Notes under the pieces: generated by a model
Database searches by the model: none
The model's input: the letters and a program-made list of their open reading frames with translations, nothing else
Told to the model about the DNA's origin: nothing
Program-made: the position numbers and the translations under genes
In this document: piece after piece, positions 17,797 through 26,980 of the stretch
Position numbering within the stretch: the stretch's first letter is position 1
Layout of the letters: the number at the start of each line of letters is the position of its first letter
Assembly (NCBI GenBank): GCA_944372245.1
Contig: CALVYN010000002.1
Coordinates: 4,065 to 68,064 of the forward strand
Source: an uncultured Bacilli bacterium
GTDB lineage: Bacteria > Bacillota_I > Bacilli_A > RFN20 > CAG-288
DNA length: 64,000 bases
Direction of reading: 5' to 3'

Positions 17797-17830
17797 AAAT
17801 AGAAAGGGCACCCGGCGCGGGGTGCCTATA
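17797..17830 (-). terminator. Rho-independent terminator on minus strand downstream of tRNA-Leu(UAG)
   Basis: ggcaccccgcgccgggtgcc hairpin followed by T-rich run when read on minus strand. Confidence 0.5.
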
Positions 17831-17875
17831 TCTCTTACCTCTCTCCGGGTCGAAGTCGAGGTAGACTTCTTCTCG

Positions 17876-17960
17876 TGGTGCCGCCGGAGGGGCTTGAACC
17901 CTCACGAGTTGCCTCACAGGATCCTAAGTCCTGCGTGTATGCCAATTTCACCACGGCGGC
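17876..17960 (-). tRNA. tRNA-Leu (anticodon UAG), type II
   Basis: Reverse complement: acceptor GCCGCCG/CGGCGGC, anticodon loop CUUAGGA, long variable arm, CCA encoded. Confidence 0.8.
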
Positions 17961-18011
17961 AGCGAATAGCTATTTTACAACGGTTTTAGCGTGTATAATC
18001 ACATACCGGTC

Positions 18012-18103
18012 TGGAGAAGTACCCAAGTGGTTGAAGGGACCGGTTTCGAAAACCGGAAGTAGGTGCAAGCCTAGCAGGGGTTCAAATCCCCTCTTCTCCG
18101 CCA
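18012..18103 (+). tRNA. tRNA-Ser (anticodon CGA), type II
   Basis: Acceptor GGAGAAG/CUUCUCC, anticodon loop UUCGAAA, long variable arm, T-loop UUCAAAU, CCA encoded; upstream TTTACA...gtgTATAAT promoter-like sequence. Confidence 0.85.
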
Positions 18104-18116
18104 TCGTGATCTCATC

Positions 18117-18155
18117 CGAACCCTCAGTGCCTGCCGCACGGGGTTCGTTTTTTTG
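18117..18155 (+). terminator. Rho-independent terminator after tRNA-Ser
   Basis: gaaccc...gggttc stem followed by TTTTTTT. Confidence 0.6.
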
Positions 18156-18447
18156 AGCTCGTATTTTCCAAAAATGGGAACTGATTGGTAAAGGATTATT
18201 GATAACTAGTTTTTTTACATGCATAGAATAGTGCTTGTGAAAGGAGAGGTTTGGCAGCGGAGAAAAAGAACATTTAAAGAAGCAGAGGCGAAGGAATGAT
18301 GACATTCCTCTGCGCAGCCACATCTCGATTTTACTGTCAAAATGACGTGAAACCATATGAATTCCAATCCTGTTTGGACGGAAGAGATGTAGTCATAACT
18401 TATTCAGATGTCGATGACAGGAAGCTAGTTAGGAACGGACAATATCT

Positions 18448-19569
18448 ATGAACATTTACAAAAAGGTTTTGCCTTCCAAAATCATTGATTTCAAGTATTG
18501 GAAGAGAAGAAGCGTCGCTGCACATGTGTGCTTATGCGTCTTTTTTACTCTGGTGATTGGAGGCGCTATCCTCGCTTCGGTCTACACGAGTCTAAATGAG
18601 GGTCAGGGAGATTCGAACACGGTAGTCATGTCTATCGCCCTGGATAGCCTACTTGTGTTTCTGCTGGCTGTCGCCCTGGCGTTTATCCTCGTTCATCTAT
18701 TCAAATTCAGCCTTTTTGCCAAGCTTGAAGAGGCGCTAAAGACCCCTCATAAAACTTTCCCCTGCTTGATCGATTCGAAGGAGAAGGTCTGGTATCTGAG
18801 CCCCGTCTCTCCCCGCAGAGTATCTAGGGTGATGCTCGAGCTCTCCGATGGATCCATCGTGGCTGCGGAGAATCCTATCGCTCATGAGAATGCGATAAAG
18901 GCGCTCGAGGGAAAGGTCATGACGGCTGTCGAGGTCGATGGTCGATATTTTCTGCTCTGCGATGAGTGGGATGAAGGCGAGGTTTCCTTTAAGCCTAAGG
19001 AAGATGCTAAATCCAGCTGGAGCGAAAGATTGGAGGAGTGCTCGATAGCCGGCAGTCAGTTGACTCCGAAGCTTCAGAGCTTGAAGAGCGAACTCTATGG
19101 CTACAGCAATCGCTCATTTACCTTCTGGCTCGTGATATCGATCGCTGCGTTCTTCATGCTAGCTTTCATCGGTTTCTTCGTCTCTGCAATCGTTCTCTTC
19201 GACAACGTGCTCTTTGGTTTTTTCGACTCTCTGATCTTCTTGGTGCTCGGGCTTTATGCCCTTCTTATCGGGTGGCCTCTGATTCGGGAGTACATCGAGT
19301 TTAGAAGGATACTTAAGAGACAGGGGCGATTCGTTGAGGGCCGCTTCAAGCAGGTCAGATTCGTCGAGAATCCGGGCAACTTCGTGCAGCGGGGAAGAGC
19401 TCAGAAAAAGTATTGGATCTCCGTGGAGGTCGAAGGGCTGGGGACTGTCAATCTGGATTCCTATATCCTGGAGGATGACGTTCAAAGGTATAGGAACTCT
19501 TACATCACGATTCTCTACTCGGATGGGAAGTTCTTCCCCCTCAACAGGACCAAGCCTATTGTTCAATAA
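18448..19569 (+). CDS. Hypothetical membrane protein (373 aa; TM helices near N-terminus and middle), lower-GC gene
   Basis: ORF with about 45% GC in a >60% GC genome; hydrophobic segments; no catalytic motif recognised. Confidence 0.55.
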   Translation: MNIYKKVLPSKIIDFKYWKRRSVAAHVCLCVFFTLVIGGAILASVYTSLNEGQGDSNTVVMSIALDSLLVFLLAVALAFILVHLFKFSLFAKLEEALKTPHKTFPCLIDSKEKVWYLSPVSPRRVSRVMLELSDGSIVAAENPIAHENAIKALEGKVMTAVEVDGRYFLLCDEWDEGEVSFKPKEDAKSSWSERLEECSIAGSQLTPKLQSLKSELYGYSNRSFTFWLVISIAAFFMLAFIGFFVSAIVLFDNVLFGFFDSLIFLVLGLYALLIGWPLIREYIEFRRILKRQGRFVEGRFKQVRFVENPGNFVQRGRAQKKYWISVEVEGLGTVNLDSYILEDDVQRYRNSYITILYSDGKFFPLNRTKPIVQ

Positions 19570-19921
19570 TTGATAGTTAAAAGGTGAATCCCGATCTTAG
19601 GCGAGGGAGTGGATTGCAATCGTTTTTAAGCACCTGCAAGGTCTCCTTCGAATGAGTGTGAGAAGCTTCTCGAGGCGAAGATATGGGATGGTAAACTTGA
19701 TAACGCAGAAATCAATATCTCGGGTTCATTTTCCCCAGATGACATTCCCACTCTCTCCAACTAGGAATTTTTCTACGCCAAAATTGTCGGATAACTCCGA
19801 CACCCTTCCTGTTATCTACTTGTGGGATATAATCCCAGTGACCCTCTTCGGGTCATATTTAGCGCCGCTGTCCGATGCTAGGGCGTGCACAAAAAGCCGA
19901 TCATCTTCACGGCGGTAGCTA

Positions 19922-19960
19922 TCACAGCGGAGCGCCTCGGATGCGCTCCGCTTTCCTTTG
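19922..19960 (+). terminator. Strong hairpin/terminator-like element (gcggagcgc-ctcggat-gcgctccgc + tttcctttg)
   Basis: Perfect 9-bp GC-rich stem followed by T-rich tract, in intergenic region upstream of ABC exporter. Confidence 0.45.
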
Positions 19961-20059
19961 TCCCGGAGAGTGGTTATGTCGGAAGAGAGGTCTTGAGAAG
20001 GAGTTGCCCCTTCTAGTCGATCTGCTCTCACAGATTGACTTTATCGGAGATAGCCAAAT

Positions 20060-21697
20060 ATGCGTCAGACATTTGAATTGATCTTACATCGAAAGAATAA
20101 ATGGCTTTCCTTTTCACTTATTCTCTTCTGTTTGGCTTCGACAGTCTGTTCTTCCTTCTATCCTCTTTCGTTAGGCTATATTGTTGATAATTTCGATTTC
20201 CTAGGAACGCAGGACCTTCTCATATGTGGGTTGATTTTCTTAATCTCAATCGTTTTGATTCTAACCTTTGATTTTTTTACTAAGCTATTTAGAGCAAAGC
20301 TCAAGATGATGGTTTTGACTGAAGTTCGAGAGACGTGTCTGGCCAATTTACTACAGCTGCCCTTTAGCGAATTCCACAGAAGATCCTTCGATTGGTATTC
20401 ATCCTTTTTGACAAACGATGTCGATGAGTTCTATTCGAGATACCTGGAGAATCTGATCTATGCAGCCCCCAAGGCATTTACCTTGACTGCCCTCTTTTCA
20501 ATCATGTTCTGGCAGAATTGGATCCTGGGTCTAATTATCCTTCTGGTGTCCTTCCTGACATGTCTACTGCCTCCTCTCACCGGAAAACGATTTGATAGAA
20601 AGCAGTCTAAGGTCATCGAGGGGAAGGCCGACTATTTGAAATGTGCTAATGAACTCATGCAGAGCCATGATCTAGTTCAGAGCAATAACTTCTCCCGCCT
20701 CTCTAATCTTCATAAAAGAAGGCTGATGAGAAGACAGTATCTGGAGTTTGAATTCGATAGATATGAGGCGAAAGTTCAAGTTATGGGGGGTGCGACGCTC
20801 TATATCGTTCAAGCGGTCGTATTCATTGCTGGTTTGGCACTGATCTTCACCGACCATTCAACAGTCGGTGAGTTTTCTGCCTCACTCCTCTTTACCGATC
20901 TTATCGCTGCTCAAGTCTCCGATCTGATCTATGACTTCTACGCATGCAAGGGAGGGAAAGCATACGCCATTAAGGTTTTGCGTTACTATTCCACTCCTTC
21001 CTTTTCAAGCGATAGAGAATGCCCCGAGGATTTCCATGCGATTGAACTGGTTGATCCAGTTTTTGAGATCGCCCCATCCAGAGAACTATCTGGTCAATCC
21101 TTTTCGATTAACAAGGGAGATAAGGTAGCAATTATCGGTGCCAATGGCGCTGGTAAAACCACCTTTCTTCGGCTTCTCTGTGGATTTGAAAGATGTACGA
21201 GTGGCAAGATTCTCTTAGATGGGGTTCCTATTGATAGTCTGGATCTCTCCTCTCTCTTGTCGATTGTTCCACAGACCTCATTTCTTTTTGAGGGTACGAT
21301 TAGGGAAAACATCTCGATGTTCTCTTCATTTTGGGATTGCACTGCTGATTGCTGGCTGAAAACTCTGGGCATCTATGATCGCGCTGACGAGAATGTCGGA
21401 AGAGATGGTTGCTTACTCTCCGGAGGCGAAAGAGCGAAGGTTTGCCTCCTTAGAGCGTTGTATCAAAAGAAGCAGATTCTCATCATGGATGAACCATTCG
21501 CATCGATAGATAGAGAAACTGAGGCTGAATTGCAAAGATTTCTCCTGGAGCAGGATATCACCCTACTTGAAGTGACTCACAATCGGAATGAATCCATCCT
21601 CTCTGGCTTCAACTGCATCATCAACATCGAAGATGGCAATATCTCAACTCCTATTTCTCCTGATGTTTATTTTAAAATTTGCAAAGATTCAGACTAA
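20060..21697 (+). CDS. ABC exporter, fused 6-TM permease + ATPase half-transporter (type I exporter), lower-GC gene
   Basis: N-terminal TM domain; Walker A GANGAGKTT, signature variant LSGGERAKV, Walker B ILIMDEPFASID; no N-terminal C39 peptidase domain. Confidence 0.8.
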   Translation: MRQTFELILHRKNKWLSFSLILFCLASTVCSSFYPLSLGYIVDNFDFLGTQDLLICGLIFLISIVLILTFDFFTKLFRAKLKMMVLTEVRETCLANLLQLPFSEFHRRSFDWYSSFLTNDVDEFYSRYLENLIYAAPKAFTLTALFSIMFWQNWILGLIILLVSFLTCLLPPLTGKRFDRKQSKVIEGKADYLKCANELMQSHDLVQSNNFSRLSNLHKRRLMRRQYLEFEFDRYEAKVQVMGGATLYIVQAVVFIAGLALIFTDHSTVGEFSASLLFTDLIAAQVSDLIYDFYACKGGKAYAIKVLRYYSTPSFSSDRECPEDFHAIELVDPVFEIAPSRELSGQSFSINKGDKVAIIGANGAGKTTFLRLLCGFERCTSGKILLDGVPIDSLDLSSLLSIVPQTSFLFEGTIRENISMFSSFWDCTADCWLKTLGIYDRADENVGRDGCLLSGGERAKVCLLRALYQKKQILIMDEPFASIDRETEAELQRFLLEQDITLLEVTHNRNESILSGFNCIINIEDGNISTPISPDVYFKICKDSD

Positions 21698-21886
21698 TAG
21701 ATTCATAAATCTGCTTAATCTCCGCTGAGAGAAGGGTCAAAAGGTAGCATGGAAGGTCTTCACAGGCAGAGTGTATTTCTTAGTGGACGGGGTTTCCTTC
21801 CGAATCGTCTTGAAGGAGAAAAAAGAACATTTTCAATCAGTGTTTGGAGTGTTCATGTTGTTGAAGAAGAGCTCTTGATGCTCTCG

Positions 21887-22894
21887 CTACTGGTAATCGA
21901 AGCGAATATTGCCATCCTCGAAGCTGACCGTGGCAGAGCCGCCAGTCATGATGGGGAGAGAGGGTGGCAGATGTCCCAGGTCGACATCCATCAATAGGGG
22001 AACGTTGAAGCTTTCGAGCATGTCGATTGCGGCTCGGTACTTGTCCACGCCACCGATATTCATGTCGTTGCACAGGTGGCGTCCGAGGATGAAGCCGGAC
22101 GCCCGCTCGAACCAGCCAGCCTCCCTCAGCTCGAACAGGGCGCGGCGGATTCCGAGAGGATTGAGGTCGCAGGCTTCGAGGAACCAGATGAAGCCTCCTT
22201 CATTAGTCTCGATGAAGCGACGCACACCATCGAAGCGCGTGCCGCAGATATTGACTAGGCAGTCCAGACAGCCGCCGAGCAGCGTTCCAGAGAAGGGGGC
22301 GGAGTATCCGTGGGCACGGATGATCTTCCTCTCGGTCAGGTTGAGGGGCGCTAGGGGATTCTCCGGGGTGACTAGACTGGTCAACTCCCAGGTGGGATAG
22401 CCGGCAAACTGTTTCTTTCCCTCTAGCATCTTGATGGCATCCAGACAATCCATCTTGAAGGGCGTGGAACAGAATTGAGGAGCACAGGGACCGTAGATGG
22501 TCTTCACACCGCACAGGGTGGTCAGGGTGAAAGTCAGGTTGGTGTTGTCAGAGAAACCCATGAACCACTTGGGAGGGAGGTGCGATAGACGGTCGAAATC
22601 GACGTGGGGAAGAATCTCGCACATCAGCTCTCCTCCGCCCACCGAGATGATCGCATCGGCATCGCTCTCGTAGGCGCGCATGAACTCCTCGGCCTGCTCG
22701 CGGGGCGAGGCGGAGGCGATGAGGCCATCATCCCTGAAGATGTTCGGGCCCTCGACGACCGTATAGCCGGCTTCCTTCAATAGTCTAATCGCCTCCTTCA
22801 GCCGGGTCAGGTAGGGCTCGCCGGCGCAGCCGCAGCTGGGGGCGACCAGAGCGATCTTGGCGCCCTTCTTGAGATATTCGGGTGTTCTCACCAT
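21887..22894 (-). CDS. Peptidase S66 family LD-carboxypeptidase (LdcA/MccF-like)
   Basis: Nucleophile motif MGFSDNTNLT (GxSDxT) and overall length/architecture of LD-carboxypeptidases. Confidence 0.7.
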   Translation of the reverse strand: MVRTPEYLKKGAKIALVAPSCGCAGEPYLTRLKEAIRLLKEAGYTVVEGPNIFRDDGLIASASPREQAEEFMRAYESDADAIISVGGGELMCEILPHVDFDRLSHLPPKWFMGFSDNTNLTFTLTTLCGVKTIYGPCAPQFCSTPFKMDCLDAIKMLEGKKQFAGYPTWELTSLVTPENPLAPLNLTERKIIRAHGYSAPFSGTLLGGCLDCLVNICGTRFDGVRRFIETNEGGFIWFLEACDLNPLGIRRALFELREAGWFERASGFILGRHLCNDMNIGGVDKYRAAIDMLESFNVPLLMDVDLGHLPPSLPIMTGGSATVSFEDGNIRFDYQ

Positions 22895-22953
22895 AAGAAA
22901 AAACTCCTCCTCGTCTTCGAGGAGAAGTATAGCAATCGCTGCTGGATAGAGGC

Positions 22954-23433
22954 TTACAGGTCCTCGGGGGCGGGAGGGGTGGGATGCGTCTTGAGGTAGA
23001 GCTCGCGGATCTCGTCCGGCATCTTGTCGGGGCTGATGGCATCGACCGCATCGGTCGAGCCCAGCTCGTCAGCCTTGGTGTAGTACCACTTCTTGAACTT
23101 GATCAGGTCGAGGGCATCCTCCAGCTGGACGATCTCCTCGCGGATGGCCTTCTCGCGCTCGATGAACATCTTCAGGCGCTTCTGGATGGTCGATGACCCC
23201 TGTCGGGTCCAGCGGATGAAGGCCTTGATGTCGATCAGCTGCATGCCGGTCTTCTTCAGGCACTCGATCAGGCGGATGTTGTTCAGGTCCCTCACGGTGA
23301 AGCGGCGGGTGCCCGAGGGCAGCCGTCCCAGGTCGGGGAACAGACCCTCCTTATCGTAGAAGCGCAGGGTGGGGATGCTCAGCCCCGTGATCTTCGAGAC
23401 CTCACCGATGCTGTATGTTCTCTCTTCTGCCAT
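22954..23433 (-). CDS. MerR-family transcriptional regulator
   Basis: N-terminal MerR HTH YSIGEVSKITGLSIPTLRFYDKEGL; coiled-coil effector region. Confidence 0.8.
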   Translation of the reverse strand: MAEERTYSIGEVSKITGLSIPTLRFYDKEGLFPDLGRLPSGTRRFTVRDLNNIRLIECLKKTGMQLIDIKAFIRWTRQGSSTIQKRLKMFIEREKAIREEIVQLEDALDLIKFKKWYYTKADELGSTDAVDAISPDKMPDEIRELYLKTHPTPPAPEDL

Positions 23434-23533
23434 GGTCTCTACCTCCTGTTGCTGGGTCTATTTATAGAGGTTGCAGAGCTGCCGATAAAGCTAAAGTATG
23501 CTTTATCCAGGCGGAAGAGGGCTATCTAACCTG

Positions 23534-23986
23534 CTATCGATCCATCTCGCTTTCTAGGAGGGCGATCTTCAGCTCGATGCCGGCGAGGGAATAGCCACCT
23601 GATCCCTGGCTGGCGACGACCCTGTGGCAGGGATAGAACAGAGGCAGGGGGTTGTGTGCCAGGGCGGAGGCCACCCCGCGGGGGCTGGTCCTGAGAGCTT
23701 TAGCCAGCTCACCATAGGTGATTGTTTTCCCTCGGGGAATCTCTCTATCCATGTACTCGAAGATTCTCGCCTGCAGCGGTGTTAACTGGCTGGAGTCACA
23801 GGGGTACTCGACCTTAGGAGTGCGTCCATCAATCGCATCTTGGAGGGCTCTCTCGAGGGAGGAATCCCGCTGGGTCAGGTCATCTTTGAGAGTCTGAATC
23901 CTTATGCAGACACCATCTTCTATCTGGGCCTCAACGGGGAAGACCCTGCCTTTGACTCTCAGGTCGATGCGTACGCGCAGAGCCAT
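23534..23986 (-). CDS. ogt: Methylated-DNA--protein-cysteine methyltransferase
   Basis: Active-site PCHRVV motif, HTH YGELA; typical length about 150 aa. Confidence 0.8.
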   Translation of the reverse strand: MALRVRIDLRVKGRVFPVEAQIEDGVCIRIQTLKDDLTQRDSSLERALQDAIDGRTPKVEYPCDSSQLTPLQARIFEYMDREIPRGKTITYGELAKALRTSPRGVASALAHNPLPLFYPCHRVVASQGSGGYSLAGIELKIALLESEMDR

Positions 23987-24639
23987 CTATAGCCCTCCAT
24001 TCTTCCTTGGTATCTGCCGTTACCAAGGAGATTATCAGAATCATAGGATATAAGAGGAAGAGATGTAGGATGAAAGGCAAAAGATAAAATAAAAATTTCA
24101 ATAAAGAAACTAGTGGTATAAAACTAGCATTTTCACAAAAAGAAAATGGATTGTATATTGAGATGAAGCATTCCTTCGGCATTTCTAATTGTGCTGCTGC
24201 TATAGGAGAAAAACTAACGAGATAGCTATTTGATGGTCAGCTCTATTTTGCATGAACGATTCAATTTGCTGTCCGTTTTGCGGGGACTTTAGCCCTTCTA
24301 GGCGAACATTAATCCAGTTGAGAGACGATTGCTGATCCTTCGAGAAAGGGCTGCTTCTGAACGATTTCTCACATGAATGAGAAATGTTTCATTTTCGATA
24401 TACTTCGACTTTCTAATATTAAAAGAAAGTTAATTTGTATTTCAGGAAGCGTTTTCAGGTCGGATAAATACAACTTTGAGGATACAAGTTATATCGGTTT
24501 GTTGATTTATCCGCTTTCTAATTGGGTTTTTGAGGGTTCCGGTCATTGGATTTCTCATCGATAAAATGTAAGAATATGCAAGTCCGAAGTTATCCTTATT
24601 TTTCATTTCTCCAAAATTCTTTAGCTCGAGGAGGTATGT

Positions 24640-25347
24640 GTGGCAAACAATAAGCACAGAAGCACCTGGATGATTGCGGGTGCAGTCGGAGCGGGCCTAG
24701 CCGTGGTCGGCGTCGGCCTCTGCTTCTTCTTCTTGGCCAACGGTGAGCTGGCCGATAGAAACGATGGCAACGTCAACGTCGATCCCGTAGAGGGTCCCTA
24801 TGGGACGCTCACCGCGACCATGGCGGATAGCTCCATCGCCCTGCTGGGCACCGGTGACAACAGCGGATACGTGGATATCGATGGCGTGGAAGACCTCAGG
24901 ACCAGCGTGGTCTTCAACCTCTCGGTCGCGCCCGCCTTCATCGATGAGAACCTCAACTCGACCATCCGGTTCGACATCACGCTCAAGAGCGCCCTCCCCA
25001 CCGTGGAGGCCGCAGGCGATCTGATTGGCCAGCGCGAGGGCGAGAGCTGGACCTACATCGAGTTTGAGCCGGTCAGCCTGACCATTGCGACCGACGACTT
25101 CGTCTACTCTTCCGAGACCGGGCGCTTCCTCTACGAGTCGCCCGAGGTCGGCTGCTCGTTCGTCTGGGGCAGCTTCTTCAACGGGATGAATCCCCAGCTG
25201 TACTACAACGGACTCTTCGCTGGCGAGTCGCCCGCCCTCGTGCCCAACCCCGATAACTTCCGTCTCGTCACCGATGAGCTCAATGCGATGGAGAAGGCGT
25301 TCGCGGGCTCGCAGATCGATCTGCAGCTGGCGCTGTCGACCCTCTAG
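24640..25347 (+). CDS. Secreted protein with N-terminal signal anchor; candidate SipW-cognate (TasA/camelysin-like architecture)
   Basis: N-terminal TM WMIAGAVGAGLAVVGVGLCFFFLANGELAD followed by beta-rich about 200-aa body; GTG start per ORF track; placed directly upstream of S26B signal peptidase gene. Confidence 0.5.
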   Translation: MANNKHRSTWMIAGAVGAGLAVVGVGLCFFFLANGELADRNDGNVNVDPVEGPYGTLTATMADSSIALLGTGDNSGYVDIDGVEDLRTSVVFNLSVAPAFIDENLNSTIRFDITLKSALPTVEAAGDLIGQREGESWTYIEFEPVSLTIATDDFVYSSETGRFLYESPEVGCSFVWGSFFNGMNPQLYYNGLFAGESPALVPNPDNFRLVTDELNAMEKAFAGSQIDLQLALSTL

Positions 25348-25359
25348 GAGGTATAGGAA

Positions 25360-26040
25360 ATGTCTAAGAGATTCACTCGGACCGGTCTGACCACCGGTCT
25401 GATCTGCACCGGCCTGGCCCTGGGCTGCGTGGGTGTCGGCGTGTCGGCTTGGCAGGTGGGCGATTACTTTGTCTCCCCCACCGATGTCGGTGGCATCACC
25501 GTCGGCGCGGAGGATGCTGAGGGCAACTTCCTCGAGATCGAGAGCGCCCGCGTGGTCGACGACCAGATCCGCTTCGGCACCAAGGTCAACGACCTGGGCG
25601 AGATCACCGCGAACGCGGATACCGAGGATCTGGACTCCTCGTTCACCTTCGACTTTGTCGCTGCGACCGGCGACCTGAGCGGCCTGTTCCTGTCGGTCAC
25701 CGGCACCTTCTCGGAAAACCTCGTCCAGGCGGCCGAGAAGGGCTATATCGTCCTGCCCTTCGAGCCCGGAACCAACTTCAACATTCTGAGCTTCGACAGC
25801 GAGGGCCAGGCCAGCCCCATCGACGGCGAGCACTACACCACCGCGCTCGAGGGTGAGACGGTGACCGTGACCATGAGCTTCGGCTGGGGCGCTAAGTTCG
25901 CCGGCCACAACCCCGTCGAGGATGAGATCTACTTCGGTCTCGATGGAGCGATCGACAGCTTCACCCAGGCCTACCTGGCGGTCGGCGAGCTCCACGATCT
26001 CGTGAGCGACGCCAGCATCCACCTGGAGATTGGAAGGTAG
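25360..26040 (+). CDS. Secreted protein paralogous in architecture to upstream gene; candidate SipW-cognate substrate
   Basis: N-terminal GLTTGLICTGLALGCVGVGVSAWQVGDYFVSPTD resembles SipW-cognate signal peptides (G-rich hydrophobic core then A-x-F/Y-x-x-D). Confidence 0.5.
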   Translation: MSKRFTRTGLTTGLICTGLALGCVGVGVSAWQVGDYFVSPTDVGGITVGAEDAEGNFLEIESARVVDDQIRFGTKVNDLGEITANADTEDLDSSFTFDFVAATGDLSGLFLSVTGTFSENLVQAAEKGYIVLPFEPGTNFNILSFDSEGQASPIDGEHYTTALEGETVTVTMSFGWGAKFAGHNPVEDEIYFGLDGAIDSFTQAYLAVGELHDLVSDASIHLEIGR

Positions 26041-26044
26041 CTTC

Positions 26045-26977
26045 ATGACCAACTCACAGATCATCATCACCTGCGTCGCGGCCTTCTGCCTCGTTGTGAT
26101 CTGCGCTCTCTTCACCGTCACGATCATCCGCTACAAGCGCGCGACCAGCGAGGCGATCACCAAGGGTGCGGACGATCCCGCCCTGGTGGCGAAGGCGCTG
26201 CGCCGCTCGAAGAAGCAGCGGATCGTCATCCGCGTGTTCTCCGCGCTGTGGAAGGCGCTGGTCGCCCTGATTCTGCTCGCGGCGATCTGCTTCATGGCCG
26301 CCTCGATCTACACCCGGGTCTCGGGCAACCGCTTCGCCTTTGGCGACCAGGCCTATCTGGTCATCTCCTCCGACTCCATGTCGAGCAAGAACCCCAACAA
26401 TACCTATCTGAGCGACGAGGAGCTCCAGTCCCAGTACGACCTGGACAATCAGTTCTCCGCCTACGACACCATCGGCATCCAGCAGTATGACTCGGCGGCC
26501 GATGTGAAGCTCTACGACGTCGTCGCCTACGAGGCGACCAGCGGCCAGACCGTCGTCCACCGCATCGTGGACACCGTCGAGGAGGACGGCCAGGTCGTGG
26601 GCTACATCACCCGCGGCGACACCAACAACATCGACGACACCGGCGTCTTCTATACCTCCTACCTCACCTACGATGACATCATCGGCTACTTCGACGGGAA
26701 GGTCATCCCCGTCCTTGGCTATCCCGTGGTCTTCCTCCAGTCCCCCGCCGGCATCATGACCCTGGTCGCCCTGGCCTACTGCTTCATCACCTACGACGTG
26801 GCCGCCAGCCGCCTGGACAAGAGCCGCAAGGCCCGCACCAGCTTCGTCCTGAGCGCTCTGCACATCACCCCCGAGCAGCTCAGGGACGGCAGCTATAACG
26901 ATCTCGAGTCCGTCGTCATCGACGGCCGCGAATACAGTTTCACCGGCGGTCAGCTGACGCCCCGGGAGGAGGCCTAG
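26045..26977 (+). CDS. sipW: Type I signal peptidase of the archaeal/ER (SipW/Sec11, S26B) type with extra N-terminal TM segments and C-terminal TM anchor
   Basis: Ser box VISSDSMS, His box TVVHRIV, and diagnostic RGDTNNIDD (GDNN box) which distinguishes SipW-type from bacterial P-type SPases; GGAAGG RBS before ATG 26045. Confidence 0.7.
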   Translation: MTNSQIIITCVAAFCLVVICALFTVTIIRYKRATSEAITKGADDPALVAKALRRSKKQRIVIRVFSALWKALVALILLAAICFMAASIYTRVSGNRFAFGDQAYLVISSDSMSSKNPNNTYLSDEELQSQYDLDNQFSAYDTIGIQQYDSAADVKLYDVVAYEATSGQTVVHRIVDTVEEDGQVVGYITRGDTNNIDDTGVFYTSYLTYDDIIGYFDGKVIPVLGYPVVFLQSPAGIMTLVALAYCFITYDVAASRLDKSRKARTSFVLSALHITPEQLRDGSYNDLESVVIDGREYSFTGGQLTPREEA

Positions 26978-26980
26978 TTC

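Noticed and set aside
17970-18356. 128-aa minus-strand ORF overlapping tRNA-Ser and the AT-rich spacer
   Set aside because: It overlaps a confidently folded tRNA gene and has no RBS. It is a chance ORF in AT-rich DNA.
21749-22073. Small ORFs (82 and 78 aa) between the ABC exporter and the S66 peptidase gene
   Set aside because: They overlap each other and the 3' end of the peptidase gene, have no RBS and have biased composition. They are likely non-coding.
17400-24640. Calling the lower-GC stretch a prophage, ICE or transposon
   Set aside because: No integrase, recombinase, transposase, phage structural or conjugation genes were seen. No direct repeat of the tRNA 3' end was seen at the distal boundary. 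Only compositional and cargo evidence exists.
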